A stretch of DNA of 64,000 nucleotides from NCBI GenBank assembly GCA_963666985.2, contig CAXXIA010000002.1, forward strand, positions 896,001 through 960,000, written 5' to 3'. Below the pieces are notes generated by a model. The model made no database searches and was not told where the DNA came from. It saw nothing but the letters and a program-made list of their open reading frames with translations. Position 1 is the stretch's first letter; each line of letters opens with the position of its first letter. Source of the DNA: Spirochaetia bacterium. GTDB lineage: Bacteria; Spirochaetota; Spirochaetia; DSM-2461. Positions 18,458 to 28,760 of this stretch are shown piece after piece. The position numbers and the translations under genes were made by a program.

Positions 18458-19347
18458 TCTTCCCCCTTAAACGTGGAACGAAGGTATGGAATGATAACCA
18501 AAGCCACCAGAAGAAGCATAAACATGGAAATCGCCGAACCCTCGGCATAATGATTCCCCCGGAAAGTCGTCTCAAACATAAACAAACCCGGGAAATCGGT
18601 TACGAACGACGGTCCCTTGCCGGTCATCGCATACGCCAAATCGAATATTTTCAGAGACACATGTCCGAGAACAATCATGGCCGAAAAGGTAATGGGCCTT
18701 ATGGAAGGCAAAAGAATGCTTCGGACGATACGCCATTCTCCGGCCCCGTCGATCTTTGCGGATTCAATAATCTGAGTCGGAATACTCCGCAGGCCGGCAA
18801 GATACATCGCCATCGTGTATCCGCTGTATTGCCATGAAGCGGCGATAATAAGAGAAATTAAAGCAAAATTATATTTTGCGAAACTTTGCGTTGATGTAAA
18901 CCATCCGAAATCGGCATGAGAAAAACCAATCATCCGCAAAAGCGCATTCAAACCCACTTCCGGAGACAAAAGCCATCGCCAGAGAACACCGGTTACAACA
19001 AAGGATAGGGAAAGAGGAAACAGATAGATGGTTCTGAAAACAGCTTCTCCCCGAATCCCCTGGTAGAGAAGATAACTGAGCAGAAAACCCACAACGATGC
19101 ACACAGCCATGAAGAAAATGGTGAAATAAAACGTGTTAAACAAATCGGTCTGGAAGCGCTGAGTTTTCAACAGTTCCAAATAATTCGAGAAACCGACAAA
19201 CTTCATGTTGGGCAGAATCCCATCCCAAGCGGTTAGAGAAACACGTGCCGACCAGATAATAAAACCGTATACAAAGATAAAAAGAACAGCGGTAAAGGGA
19301 ATAACGACAAGAAGCCCTTTTCTGATTTCTTTCTTGGGACGGTACAT
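18454..19347 (-). CDS. Carbohydrate ABC permease (MalF-like)
   Basis: FRTIYLFP, YLAGLRSIP..IIESAKIDGA, LKIFDL. Confidence 0.92.
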   Translation of the reverse strand: MYRPKKEIRKGLLVVIPFTAVLFIFVYGFIIWSARVSLTAWDGILPNMKFVGFSNYLELLKTQRFQTDLFNTFYFTIFFMAVCIVVGFLLSYLLYQGIRGEAVFRTIYLFPLSLSFVVTGVLWRWLLSPEVGLNALLRMIGFSHADFGWFTSTQSFAKYNFALISLIIAASWQYSGYTMAMYLAGLRSIPTQIIESAKIDGAGEWRIVRSILLPSIRPITFSAMIVLGHVSLKIFDLAYAMTGKGPSFVTDFPGLFMFETTFRGNHYAEGSAISMFMLLLVALVIIPYLRSTFKGEE

Positions 19348-19366
19348 ATGAATACCTCATTAAAAG

Positions 19367-19400
19367 ACTCGCAGCCGCAACTTTCGATACGACTGCGAGT
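19367..19400 (-). terminator. Stem-loop between SBP and permease (partial terminator or mRNA stabiliser)
   Basis: ACTCGCAG...CTGCGAGT inverted repeat followed by CTTTT on the - strand. Confidence 0.55.
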
Positions 19401-19425
19401 TATTCATTAAATCATAACCGAAAAA

Positions 19426-20695
19426 TTATTTGGGTGCGTACTTATCCGCGAGAGCCTGAAATTCGGCTGTTGCTTTCGCCACGTTAAGATCGGTGGTAAA
19501 AACACTCATAACATCGTTAATCTTCGTCAGCCAAGCTTCGGAAACGGCGGCGCCGTGAGCAAGACTGGGAACAATGGCGTTGGTAGCGAAATCGTCCATG
19601 GCCCCATTCAGATAAGCACCGTATTTCGACCGATCGCCATCGGTACGGGAAGGAATGGAACCCTTAATCGGGTTAAAGGCATCCTGGCCGTCCTTGGAAG
19701 CACACACCTCAAGCCACTTCACGACATTTTCCCTATTGGGAGCGTTCTTCGTTAAACCGAAGGAATCGGAAAGCATTGTAAACGATCCCCGAGTACCGGG
19801 AGCGGGGATCCAATCCCAATCCTCACCTTGGACATAGCCCTGAGACTGGAAGTATCCGGCGGCCCAGTCGCCCATGACATTCATGGCGGCTTTGCCTTCC
19901 GCGACATAACCTGCGGCATCCATGTTGGTCAGCGCCGCATGATCGGAATTAATATAGCCCATCATCTTGGCGAAATTCTTGAGACCTTTTTGCACATCGG
20001 AATCCGACCAGGAGACCTTACCGCTCCAGAGATCCCGATATTTATCCGGGCCCGTGGAAGCCAGAAGGACACTGGCCAGAAGGTGGGTTGACGGCCAGGT
20101 ATTGGTATCACCCAGTGCGAGTGGAGTTATGCCCTTGGCCTTCAAAGCGTCGGCAACGGCAAAAAAATCATCCATGCTTTCCGGAGGAGTTAAACCTGCT
20201 TCCTTGAAAATCTTCGGACTATACCACATAACATTAGCCCTGTGGATATTGACGGGAATGCAGTAAACCTCTCCTTCATAGGAAATAATGTCGATAACAT
20301 CCTTGGGGGAATTTATCCATCCAGCCGTTTTGTTCCAGAACAAACGTGACCGGTTCCATATAACCGGAAACTACCCAAGTATCAAACAGTTCATGTCCCG
20401 CATGTACCTGGGAAGGCGTCTGGGGGATTACCACCCTGCATTCTTGTGGCAAGAAACGGCTTTGGCATTCGTTCCCGCACCACCGGCAACCGTAGCATTG
20501 ATATTCTCAATCCCGGGATTCTTCGCCTCAAAGACCTTAATCATTGCATCAAGACCTTCCGCTTCACCACCGGCAGTCCACCAGCTGAAAATCTCAAGGG
20601 AATTGCTTTCCTTGACATCGGATTGCCCACCGGCAAAAACGAAAAACCGGCAAGCAGAGCATGGTGATCAGTACTAAAACAATCACTTTTCTCAT
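19426..20695 (-). CDS. Glucose/mannose-type sugar ABC substrate-binding protein, with 4 apparent +1 frameshifts in the 5' part
   Basis: Reconstructed MRKVIV...[73 protein letters not shown]; resembles the Thermus-type glucose-binding protein; SD AGGAGG. Confidence 0.85.
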
Positions 20696-20744
20696 TAGAG
20701 AACCTCCTACTTTTTTCTTCTCCTTTAACAAAGGAGTTATATCC

Positions 20745-22025
20745 TTAATCATCGAGCAGAATTTTAAGACGATCCAATGCCAAAACGGCGCCTCGAATAG
20801 TGTGATAGTTCACTTTCCAGGAATGGCTCATATGGGTCCAAATCGGCTCTCCTTCCTGAGTCAGAAGCGGCCACCATTCACCTACATCATGTTTGATCAT
20901 TTTCTCAATAACAAAATTTATGAACATTTTCATAAACTTCCAGATAGGCCTCATCCCGATACAAAATGTAAGCATCGAGCATTCCGGTTAAGAACTCGGC
21001 CTGCTGCCAGAATTCCTTGGCTTTATCGTAGACTTTTGTTCCGTCGTGAGAGCCTTCTACGTATACGCCGCCGTACACCCGATCAACACCATTGTTTACC
21101 GCATGGGAAAGGGCCTTATGAAAAAGATTGTCCAGCTCGTGTTTATCACGGCCCGCCGATTTCAGAGCTTCCAGGGCAAGCCAGAAGAACTCCACATTAT
21201 GTCCGTAGGATGTATTATCAAGAGCGTTTTCTTTAACCGCATCGTCACCGACAAAGCGGTCCCATCCCCAGACGACATCAAACTGTATTTGAGGAGCGAC
21301 ACTCCAATCGGCGAAAAACTGAGGAATCCCTGTTCCGTATTTCGGATGCATGATTTTTTCCGTCAACAAATCAATGATTTCACTCAAACGGCGTTTATGC
21401 GCTTCTTTCCCCGTGCATAAAACCAAAGCTGTAAACGCTTCCATAAGATGCATGTGAACATCCAGTGTTTTCCTGTCTCCACCGGCGCTGCCCGGTCCCG
21501 CCAAAGACCAATCCCGTGCAAACATTTCCCAATAGCCGCCCCAGCAAATATCAACGGCATGGATTTGAAGGAGATTGAAGCACTTCTCAGCGGATTCGGC
21601 CGCCCGCTCATCGCCGGTTACTTTCGCAAACGTTGAAAGGGCGTAAATGGCGAAACTGTGACCATACAAAATCTTTTTATCAATAATGACTTCATTCTTT
21701 CGGTTAAAGAGCCAGTAAAAGCCCCCATTCTCCGAATCCCAATAATGCTCCAGCGCAAAGTTCACTCCCTTACGGGCCAAGTCTATACAAACACCGTCCG
21801 GATCATATCCATGCTGATGAGCCAAAGATAGAGAATAGATGGTTCTCATATGAGCCAAAAGTGATTTCTCTCATCCGTTCCGGAATCATTTCCATCGGTA
21901 TCGAATTGAGTGAGAAATCCGCCGTTTTCCTTATCCCAGCAGCGGCTCGTCCAGAAAGGCAGGAGCTCTTTGGTTAAATGATGCTCCAATTGATCTTTCC
22001 ATTTCTTAATCTTTTCTTTATCCAT
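20745..22025 (-). CDS. AGE-family (N-acylglucosamine/cellobiose 2-epimerase-like) epimerase, with 2 apparent frameshifts
   Basis: ELLPFW...GGF..(shift ~21868)..KSLLAHMRTIY..WDSENGGFYW..YGHSFAIYA..HMHLMEA..SYGHNVE..WQQAE..(shift ~20915)..GEWW..WKVNYHTIR. Confidence 0.85.
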
Positions 22026-22037
22026 TCAGTCCACTCC

Positions 22038-23158
22038 CTATCCGGTCTTCTCCATGAGATTTTGATAAAGCCATAACAAGAAGGCTCTGTTATCCAAAGA
22101 GGTGTAATCGACACAGCACCCCATGCGGTTGAAGGTTTTCATGAACCTTAAGTAATAAGCCGGATTATCGGGACCGGGCTCCCCTTGGCTCCAATCCCAC
22201 GTTTCCGCTTGAAGATCCAAGACATGAATATGGCAATCGCGGATATCCTTTCCTTGAGGGAGCAGAACGTTTCGCGCCATGGATAAGGATTTTTCAAAAA
22301 TCATCGGCGACATCACCGCCCGATCCTATTGAAAGATAGACACCGCCTTCCAAGCGTGAAACACCCTCAGCATTACGCAAGAAAATCCCGTTCAGCCGTT
22401 CGCCCCACGGCCGCGCCGCGGTTGGCCTTATGGGTATAGATAATGTCATGGCCGAACATCGGATGACTTGTAAACGGTACGCCGAGGCGATATGCCTGCG
22501 CCTGAATACTGAATTCCGCGTAGGGATGAGGGACTTCGCGGAACCCCGCTTTAAGCCCCAAACGCTCCATGACTTCCAGCAAATCGACCGCAGCGGCCCG
22601 CTTCCATAGCGGCGGCTTTTCTCCCTCTGAAAACGGCGCCGCAATAACTTCCTCAAGAAGCCGACGATCCGGAATATTAAGGCCCCCGTTATGAATCAGC
22701 GATCCGATGGATTCACCGTACCCCAGCCCTTCCCAGGCGCCGACAAGAAGAGCCAAGTTGATATTCGATCCTGTTTCTTCCCAAGTGCCGAAACGCCCCT
22801 GTTGAACATTCGCGCGAACATCCTCGCTGCTCAGGCCGAAATGGGCGAATTCCCAATCGTGAATAACACCGGCACCGTTGGTGGCAAGGTGAGTCAGCCA
22901 TCCGTGCTCTATAAATCGAGAAAGAAGCAGCCCGAGGCCATTCTTGATTGTATGCGCTCCGAAGGCGCACATCACCGAAGAGCCGGCTTGTTTGGCACGA
23001 AGAATTTGTGCTGCGATTTCTTCAATGCGGTCACGGGCGGCATCGGAGATGGGAGGCGGAGGCGTATCGGGATTCACATAATCCCGGCTGATATCAACCT
23101 TACTCTTCCGTTCGCTTAAAGGAAAATACCGCATCTTATCCCGGTCAAACAGTTTCAA
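22038..23158 (-). CDS. Hypothetical protein, possibly with a deoxyhypusine-synthase-like nucleotide-binding fold; 2 apparent frameshifts
   Basis: GAHTIKNG, LATNGAGVIHDWE, FGTWEETG, HPMFGHDIIY; shifts at ~22374 and ~22320 restore YLSIGSAVMSPMIFEKSLSMARN; TTG start overlaps the upstream stop. Confidence 0.7.
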
Positions 23159-25080
23159 TACAAACTCCATCCGAAATGCGAAGAAAGGGAATCGCTCCAG
23201 GAGAAATCGGGTATCAGATAATCGGCTCCGCCAAGAATCAGCCGTTCCCTCTTTCGGGGATTCGGTCCGAAACGGCGCACCTCGTCGCTGATCAGCCCAA
23301 CCGCCAAAAATCCGTTTCTCTTCGCTTCCCTCATTTCCACCGGACCGTCGCCGAAAACGGCGCAGGAAACGTTCCTTCCGGAAGAGCCGATTTCCCTGCA
23401 GATGTTTTCCAGCACCACGCGTTTGGGATCCCTATCGGGATTCCCGACGGAACCGAAGATTCCGCCGTTGAAAAACGTATCGTACCCCAACAGACGCGCC
23501 TCTTCCCGAACATCATCCTGGTCCGTGCCGCTTGCCAAATACAGTGTGACTCCCGCATCCCGAAGCCGGCAAAGGAAGGGCACGGCTCCTTTGAGGGTTA
23601 CATCGTCCAGCCCGATTCTCCCCGACTCGAACAAACTGACTTTTTGAGCGATTTTTTCCAGAAGATTCCGGTTATAGACGGCTTTATATTCCGCGGGAGA
23701 AAGCAGTTCGCTTTCTCCGACATAATCATAAGAAGAAATGAGTTTTACCAATCCCCGCATTTGGAGAATGGTTTGCACACCGGTCGTGGCTTCAATAAAC
23801 CCATCGACGGTCTTTCCAATATCTTCCAACTCCTTAAGGGAGGCATGTTCATAATGATTTCCAAAGACGAAACGGATCATGAGGTCCCGCATAACCTCTT
23901 CCCACCCCTGACGCAGAGTGGAAATGGTCCCGTCGTGGTCGAAAATCATAATCTCCGGCATCATCCGATCCTTGCGGAGATGTATAACTTCAATCTGAGT
24001 TTCCGGCAGCATTTCGGCTTTCCGCGGATCGGATGCCAAAACGGGATTGTATCGGTATTCCGGAGATCGGCTGATCGCTTTAATCTCGTCCAGAGAGGGA
24101 TGACCTGTTTCGTACAATTTCGTCACGCTCACGGCCGCCGCGAAATTTCCCCATTCCGCGGCATCCTTCAGCGGCATGCCCGCGGCGCTGGAAGCAACCA
24201 AAGCGGCGAGAAAAGCATCACCGGCGCCGACGGTATCAATTCGATCGATAATATGAAGACCCTTGATATCGAACACATCTTCGGAAGAAGCATCATAGGC
24301 ACTTGCCCCGTCGGCGCCGCGAGTCATAACGACCGATCGATTCCAATAGGAACCCAGCCACCTGAGGAGCGTCTCCGACGACGGTGATTCTTTCGAATCG
24401 GAAGCTCCGTGGAGTCCGTATAATCCCAAAGCTTCATCAAAATTCAATTTATGAATGGTATTCCGATAAACGTCGTTAAAATCACGGGAATCGCAAAACC
24501 ATTGAATCGAATCCCCGCAGTGCTTTATCAACCGATTCAGCGAATCCTGAAAATTCCCGTCATGAACACCGTTTCGAAGCTGTTGATTGATAATAACCGC
24601 TTGATAGGATTCAAGATTTTCTTCCAGTCTCTTCAGAATCGTCTGACGGCTCCGAGGCGCGATCATATTAAAATTGCCGATATCATATCTCGGCAATTCG
24701 CGCTGTCCTTCGTAAACTTTATGGTAAACGTTTGTTTGCCAATTATCCTTCTGAGATACAAGACACTCCGTTGAAACACCTTCCGAATCAAGAAGATCCC
24801 GAAGCGCTTTGCCATACGAATCGCTGCCGACTATTCCGTAAAGGTCCACTCGCCCCACACCGAGATGCTTCAGATTCACCGCGACATTGGCGGCCCCTCC
24901 CGCCTCAAATTTCATCTCTTTAACGGAATTGGTTCGAAGTCCGGTTTCCACGGATACTTCGGTATTTTCCTGAGACAGGAAGTAATATAAATCCAGACAG
25001 ACATCTCCGAGTATGGCAATCGACAACCCGGGGGCCTTATCTCTGAAGTCATTGATATTCACTGGAGTTCTCACTTTCAA
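23155..25080 (-). CDS. Fusion of HldE/RfaE-kinase-like PfkB domain and HAD-family hydrolase
   Basis: GDVCLDLY, GGAANVAVNL, DTVGAGDAF (PfkB); FDHDGTISTLR, LASGT, FGDGPVE (HAD). Confidence 0.85.
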   Translation of the reverse strand: MKVRTPVNINDFRDKAPGLSIAILGDVCLDLYYFLSQENTEVSVETGLRTNSVKEMKFEAGGAANVAVNLKHLGVGRVDLYGIVGSDSYGKALRDLLDSEGVSTECLVSQKDNWQTNVYHKVYEGQRELPRYDIGNFNMIAPRSRQTILKRLEENLESYQAVIINQQLRNGVHDGNFQDSLNRLIKHCGDSIQWFCDSRDFNDVYRNTIHKLNFDEALGLYGLHGASDSKESPSSETLLRWLGSYWNRSVVMTRGADGASAYDASSEDVFDIKGLHIIDRIDTVGAGDAFLAALVASSAAGMPLKDAAEWGNFAAAVSVTKLYETGHPSLDEIKAISRSPEYRYNPVLASDPRKAEMLPETQIEVIHLRKDRMMPEIMIFDHDGTISTLRQGWEEVMRDLMIRFVFGNHYEHASLKELEDIGKTVDGFIEATTGVQTILQMRGLVKLISSYDYVGESELLSPAEYKAVYNRNLLEKIAQKVSLFESGRIGLDDVTLKGAVPFLCRLRDAGVTLYLASGTDQDDVREEARLLGYDTFFNGGIFGSVGNPDRDPKRVVLENICREIGSSGRNVSCAVFGDGPVEMREAKRNGFLAVGLISDEVRRFGPNPRKRERLILGGADYLIPDFSWSDSLSSHFGWSLY

Positions 25081-25095
25081 TGTAAGCGCTTACAT
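25080..25095. promoter_or_regulatory. LacI-family operator O1
   Basis: Perfect 16-bp palindrome ATGTAAGCGCTTACAT with central CG. Confidence 0.85.
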
Positions 25096-25100
25096 ATTTA

Positions 25101-25129
25101 ATGGTAGTCTTTTTTCTTACTGCTGTCAA
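25101..25129 (-). promoter_or_regulatory. sigma70 promoter of the sugar operon
   Basis: TTGACA-N17-TACCAT on the - strand, immediately upstream of O1. Confidence 0.8.
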
Positions 25130-25222
25130 TGAAAACTTTAACATAAATGGTTCTCTTCCAAAGAAAACGTAGTATTTCAAATTCTTATAATAAGGTACAA
25201 TGTTTTTATCTTTTTCCATATA

Positions 25223-25238
25223 AATTAAGCGCTTGCAT
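25223..25238. promoter_or_regulatory. LacI-family operator O2 (autoregulatory)
   Basis: AATTAAGCGCTTGCAT, an imperfect copy of O1 just before the lacI start. Confidence 0.65.
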
Positions 25239-25243
25239 TACGA

Positions 25244-26260
25244 ATGAAACAGCTTGGTTCAATGACAATTGCCGATATCGCGAAAAAAGCCGGGGTTTCC
25301 ACGGCCACGGTTTCCCGCGTTCTTTCCGAATCGGATAAGGTAAAACCTTCTACGCGAACACGTGTTCTCGATATTATAGAGGAATACTCCTATATACCCA
25401 ATCAATTGGCGCAGGGTCTGGCGGGTTCTCCCACAAAAACCATCGGAGTCATCATCGACGAACTCTCCAATCACTTTTTCATCGAAATAGCGGAAGGTGT
25501 GGACTCCATTCTTCAGAATGAGAATTATTCCATGCAGCTGAGCAGCTCACGCTGGATTGGAGACCGTGAATTGCGCCTGACACGCTCCCTGCTGAGCAGT
25601 CGGGTGGAAGGTGTCCTCATTGCCCCCGTTGATCCCGACTCCCCTTCGGTTCGTCTCTTAAAAAAATCAGGTATTCCTTTTGTCGTAATGAATTGCTCCG
25701 TGGAAGATCCGGATGTTGCTTATGTCAGCGGCAATAACCGCAGAGGGGGAGAATTGGTTGCCGAATTCCTCAACAGGAATCCGCGGGAGCAAATTATTCT
25801 CATCACGGGATTTCCTCATCAATCAGTCAGTGAACGGCTGAGCGGTTTTTTCGACACTCTTGATTCGGCCTACAAGCCGATTCATATCCGCGGTGTTAAA
25901 ACATTCGAAGACGGCCACGATCTGGTTCCCCTACTTCTAACCCGGAACCTTATCGCGAAAATTAAAACCACGCTGTTCGTTACCAACGACAACGTCGCCA
26001 TCGGCATTACCGACAGATTGGTACGCGAGGGTGTGGCGATTCCGGATCAAGTTACGATTATCGGGTACGACGATATCCGTATGTCGGCCTTTTCCCGTGT
26101 TCCGTTAACAACAGTATCCCAATCGATGCGCGATATCGGACGAATCGCCGCCATGGAACTGCTCGATTTAATCAAAGATCCGAAAAAAGAACGGCCGAGA
26201 CACAACATCGAACCGCGATTAGTCATCAGGGAATCGGCTGTTGAAGCACCTTCCCGATAA
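25244..26260 (+). CDS. LacI-family transcriptional regulator
   Basis: TIADIAKKAGVSTATVSRVL, YIPNQLAQGL, IGYDDI, PLTTVSQ, LVIRES. Confidence 0.95.
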   Translation: MKQLGSMTIADIAKKAGVSTATVSRVLSESDKVKPSTRTRVLDIIEEYSYIPNQLAQGLAGSPTKTIGVIIDELSNHFFIEIAEGVDSILQNENYSMQLSSSRWIGDRELRLTRSLLSSRVEGVLIAPVDPDSPSVRLLKKSGIPFVVMNCSVEDPDVAYVSGNNRRGGELVAEFLNRNPREQIILITGFPHQSVSERLSGFFDTLDSAYKPIHIRGVKTFEDGHDLVPLLLTRNLIAKIKTTLFVTNDNVAIGITDRLVREGVAIPDQVTIIGYDDIRMSAFSRVPLTTVSQSMRDIGRIAAMELLDLIKDPKKERPRHNIEPRLVIRESAVEAPSR

Positions 26261-26304
26261 AGCCGTGCCGAGAACAATGAAGAAAACCCCTATAAGGAAT
26301 AAGA

Positions 26305-26333
26305 TTGACACCTGCATGAAGCGGGAATAAGGT
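26305..26333 (+). promoter_or_regulatory. sigma70 promoter
   Basis: TTGACA-N17-TAAGGT, ~60 bp upstream of the 26396 ATG. Confidence 0.6.
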
Positions 26334-26395
26334 TCTTTAAACGGTTTTATGTCCGACGTTGTCGGCCGAAATATAATTTATCTCAAGGCTCCAAA

Positions 26396-27445
26396 ATGAA
26401 CACGATTAAAGGGCCGGCGATTCTTTTGGCCCAATTTGTCGATAAAACCCCTCCTTTTAACAACCTACCCAATATTGCCGCATGGGCGAAGTCACTCGGC
26501 TATGAAGGCTTACAGATTCCGGCGAATGCGCCGGAATTGATCAACATCGAATTGGCGGCGGAATCGAAAAACTATTGCGACGAACTGATTGGACAATGCG
26601 GCGGTTTGTCCGTGACGGAACTCTCCTCGCATATATTCGGTCAGCTCGTGGCTGTCGATCCGGCCTACGATACGCTCTTCGACGCTTTCACGGAACCCGC
26701 TCTGCGCGGCAATCCCTCCGCTCGCCGGGAATGGGCCGTATCCAAAATGATTCAGACCATCAAAGCGTCGGCCAATCTCGGATTGTCCGTTGTACCGAGT
26801 TTCAGCGGCGCCTTGATGTGGCATCTGGTCTATCCATGGCCGCAGAGACCGCCGGGACTCGTAAAGCAGGGATTTCAGGCCCTGAACAAACTCTGGCGGC
26901 CCGTCCTGGAAGCGGCGGATCAATACGGCATCGATTTGGCCTTTGAACTCCACCCCGGAGAAGATCTGCACGACGGAGAATCCTTCGAACGATTTCTGGA
27001 AGCATCGGGTAACCATGAACGGATTAACATACTCTACGATCCGTCCCATTTCGTCCTGCAGTGCATGGACTATATCGAATTCATCTACACTTACGGTCCG
27101 AAAATAAAAGCATTCCACGTGAAGGATGCCGAGTTCAGGCCGTCAGGACGCCAAGGCGTTTACGGAGGATACGCGGATTGGATTCACCGCGCGGGTCGTT
27201 TCCGAAGTTTGGGCGACGGGCAGGTTGATTTCAAGCGCGTGTTCACGGCCCTCACGGAAGTCGGATTCGATTCATGGGCCGTTCTGGAATGGGAATGCTG
27301 CATTAAAGATTCTCAGCAGGGCGCCCGTGAAGGAGCACCATTCATCCGCTCGATGATCATCGAACCGACCCGGAAAGCCTTCGACGATTTTGCCGGCGGA
27401 TCACAGGATTCACATTACTTCAAAGATATTCCCGGAATGTCCTGA
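26396..27445 (+). CDS. Sugar phosphate isomerase/epimerase (IolE/xylose-isomerase-like TIM barrel)
   Basis: FELHPGEDLHDG, YDPSHF, FHVKDAEF, FRSLGDGQVDF, VLEWEC. Confidence 0.88.
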   Translation: MNTIKGPAILLAQFVDKTPPFNNLPNIAAWAKSLGYEGLQIPANAPELINIELAAESKNYCDELIGQCGGLSVTELSSHIFGQLVAVDPAYDTLFDAFTEPALRGNPSARREWAVSKMIQTIKASANLGLSVVPSFSGALMWHLVYPWPQRPPGLVKQGFQALNKLWRPVLEAADQYGIDLAFELHPGEDLHDGESFERFLEASGNHERINILYDPSHFVLQCMDYIEFIYTYGPKIKAFHVKDAEFRPSGRQGVYGGYADWIHRAGRFRSLGDGQVDFKRVFTALTEVGFDSWAVLEWECCIKDSQQGAREGAPFIRSMIIEPTRKAFDDFAGGSQDSHYFKDIPGMS

Positions 27446-27623
27446 CGGCCGGCCGCCGGTCTTTTTTGCAAATGGAAATCCGCCCAGGCCCGCGGCGGCC
27501 GTTTCCTTTAAGCCGAAGATTTTGGGCGTGAACATGATATCGGCAAAGTCCCAAAACGGCGCTTCATAATCCATATTCGGAACGATTGCCGACGCGAATC
27601 CGAGTTCAATCATCACTCACCCC

Positions 27624-28760
27624 TTATTCGTAATCGATATCAACCCAAGAGTTGCTATCGGAACTTTTCAGAATCGCCTCGCAAAGAAGCATTTCCTTGT
27701 GCCCTTCAAAGAAACTCGGATGAGAAACGGGAGATTTACGCCCTGTAACGGCGTTGTAGAAAGCCCGAAAGCACTGCTTGTGGCTGTCCGGGAATCCCTC
27801 GGCATGCCCTCCCGGATAACCTGTAAACGCATTCGCCGCATCCGACTGCAGAGCAGGATTCTTAATGAGTTCCCCGTTCATTTCGCCGCGCCGTCCTACC
27901 CATAAGGTATTTGGGTTCTCCTGGTCCCATGCCAGGGATTCTTCGGCGCCGCATAGTTCATAATAGAGTCGATTCTTTCGTCCGGCGGCCACTTGGGAAA
28001 CCCTGAGGGAACCGCGGCTGCCGTCGGTAAAACGAAGAAGGATGTTCCCTCCGTCCTCCGTGTCCACTTCCACCTCTTCCGCGGCATTCTTGTCATCTGA
28101 AGAGAATGTTTCCGCAGGTCCCGCAGGACGGCTTCGAACCGGATGGATCGTATAAAGATCGGCCATAACCGATGCGACGGTTTTCCCCGTAACGAACGTA
28201 ACCAAATCCAGCCAATGAGTTCCGATGTCGCCGACGACGCGCAGCGGTCCGCCCATGCCGGAAAGAACGCGCCAGTTAAAATCATCTTTATACAGCAGCC
28301 AGTCCTGAACATATCCTCCGCTGATTTCATGGATGTCTCCCGCCGAAGAAATCCTGTTTCGGGCTTCCAGATTCAACGGATAATAACGGATGTTGTAGTT
28401 TACTCCGGTCACGACATCATACTTTTCGGCCAATGCCGTCAGTTCCGCCGATTCACGGGAATTGGTCGTAAGGGGCTTCTCGCACATCACATGTTTCCCG
28501 GCTTCCATGGACCGGCGGACCTGATCGAAATGGAATTTATTCGGAGAAGCCACATGAACGGCGCCGATATCTTTATCATCAAGAATATCGGCCAAAGAAG
28601 CGTAACCGACCTCCAGATTCATGGCTTTGGCGGCGGCGTTCGACTTTTCGGGACTGCTTCCGAGAACACCTTTAACGGTAATCCCCAAACGGCGAACGGC
28701 CTCCACATGGACCGGGCCGATGAATCCCGTGCCGATAACGGCGACTTGCTTTTCGTACAT
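27624..28760 (-). CDS. Gfo/Idh/MocA-family oxidoreductase
   Basis: IGTGFIG..H, HVMCEKPL, YVQDWL, DIGTHWLD, GHAEG. Confidence 0.92.
   Translation of the reverse strand: MYEKQVAVIGTGFIGPVHVEAVRRLGITVKGVLGSSPEKSNAAAKAMNLEVGYASLADILDDKDIGAVHVASPNKFHFDQVRRSMEAGKHVMCEKPLTTNSRESAELTALAEKYDVVTGVNYNIRYYPLNLEARNRISSAGDIHEISGGYVQDWLLYKDDFNWRVLSGMGGPLRVVGDIGTHWLDLVTFVTGKTVASVMADLYTIHPVRSRPAGPAETFSSDDKNAAEEVEVDTEDGGNILLRFTDGSRGSLRVSQVAAGRKNRLYYELCGAEESLAWDQENPNTLWVGRRGEMNGELIKNPALQSDAANAFTGYPGGHAEGFPDSHKQCFRAFYNAVTGRKSPVSHPSFFEGHKEMLLCEAILKSSDSNSWVDIDYE

Noticed and set aside
20661..21236. 191-aa + strand ORF
   Set aside because: Antisense to the frameshifted AGE epimerase and SBP genes
20300..22380. 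Programmed frameshifting or phase variation
   Set aside because: The runs are short (2-5 nt), numerous and all insertions, which fits sequencing error
23176..24387. 403-aa + strand ORF, and similar long antisense ORFs (45957-47141, 43348-44253, 60716-61576)
   Set aside because: These are shadows of well-supported genes on the opposite strand and show no motifs
16051..25080. Ordinary LPS ADP-heptose biosynthesis cluster
   Set aside because: No adenylyltransferase, HldD or heptosyltransferase, and the genes sit with an importer and a LacI operator
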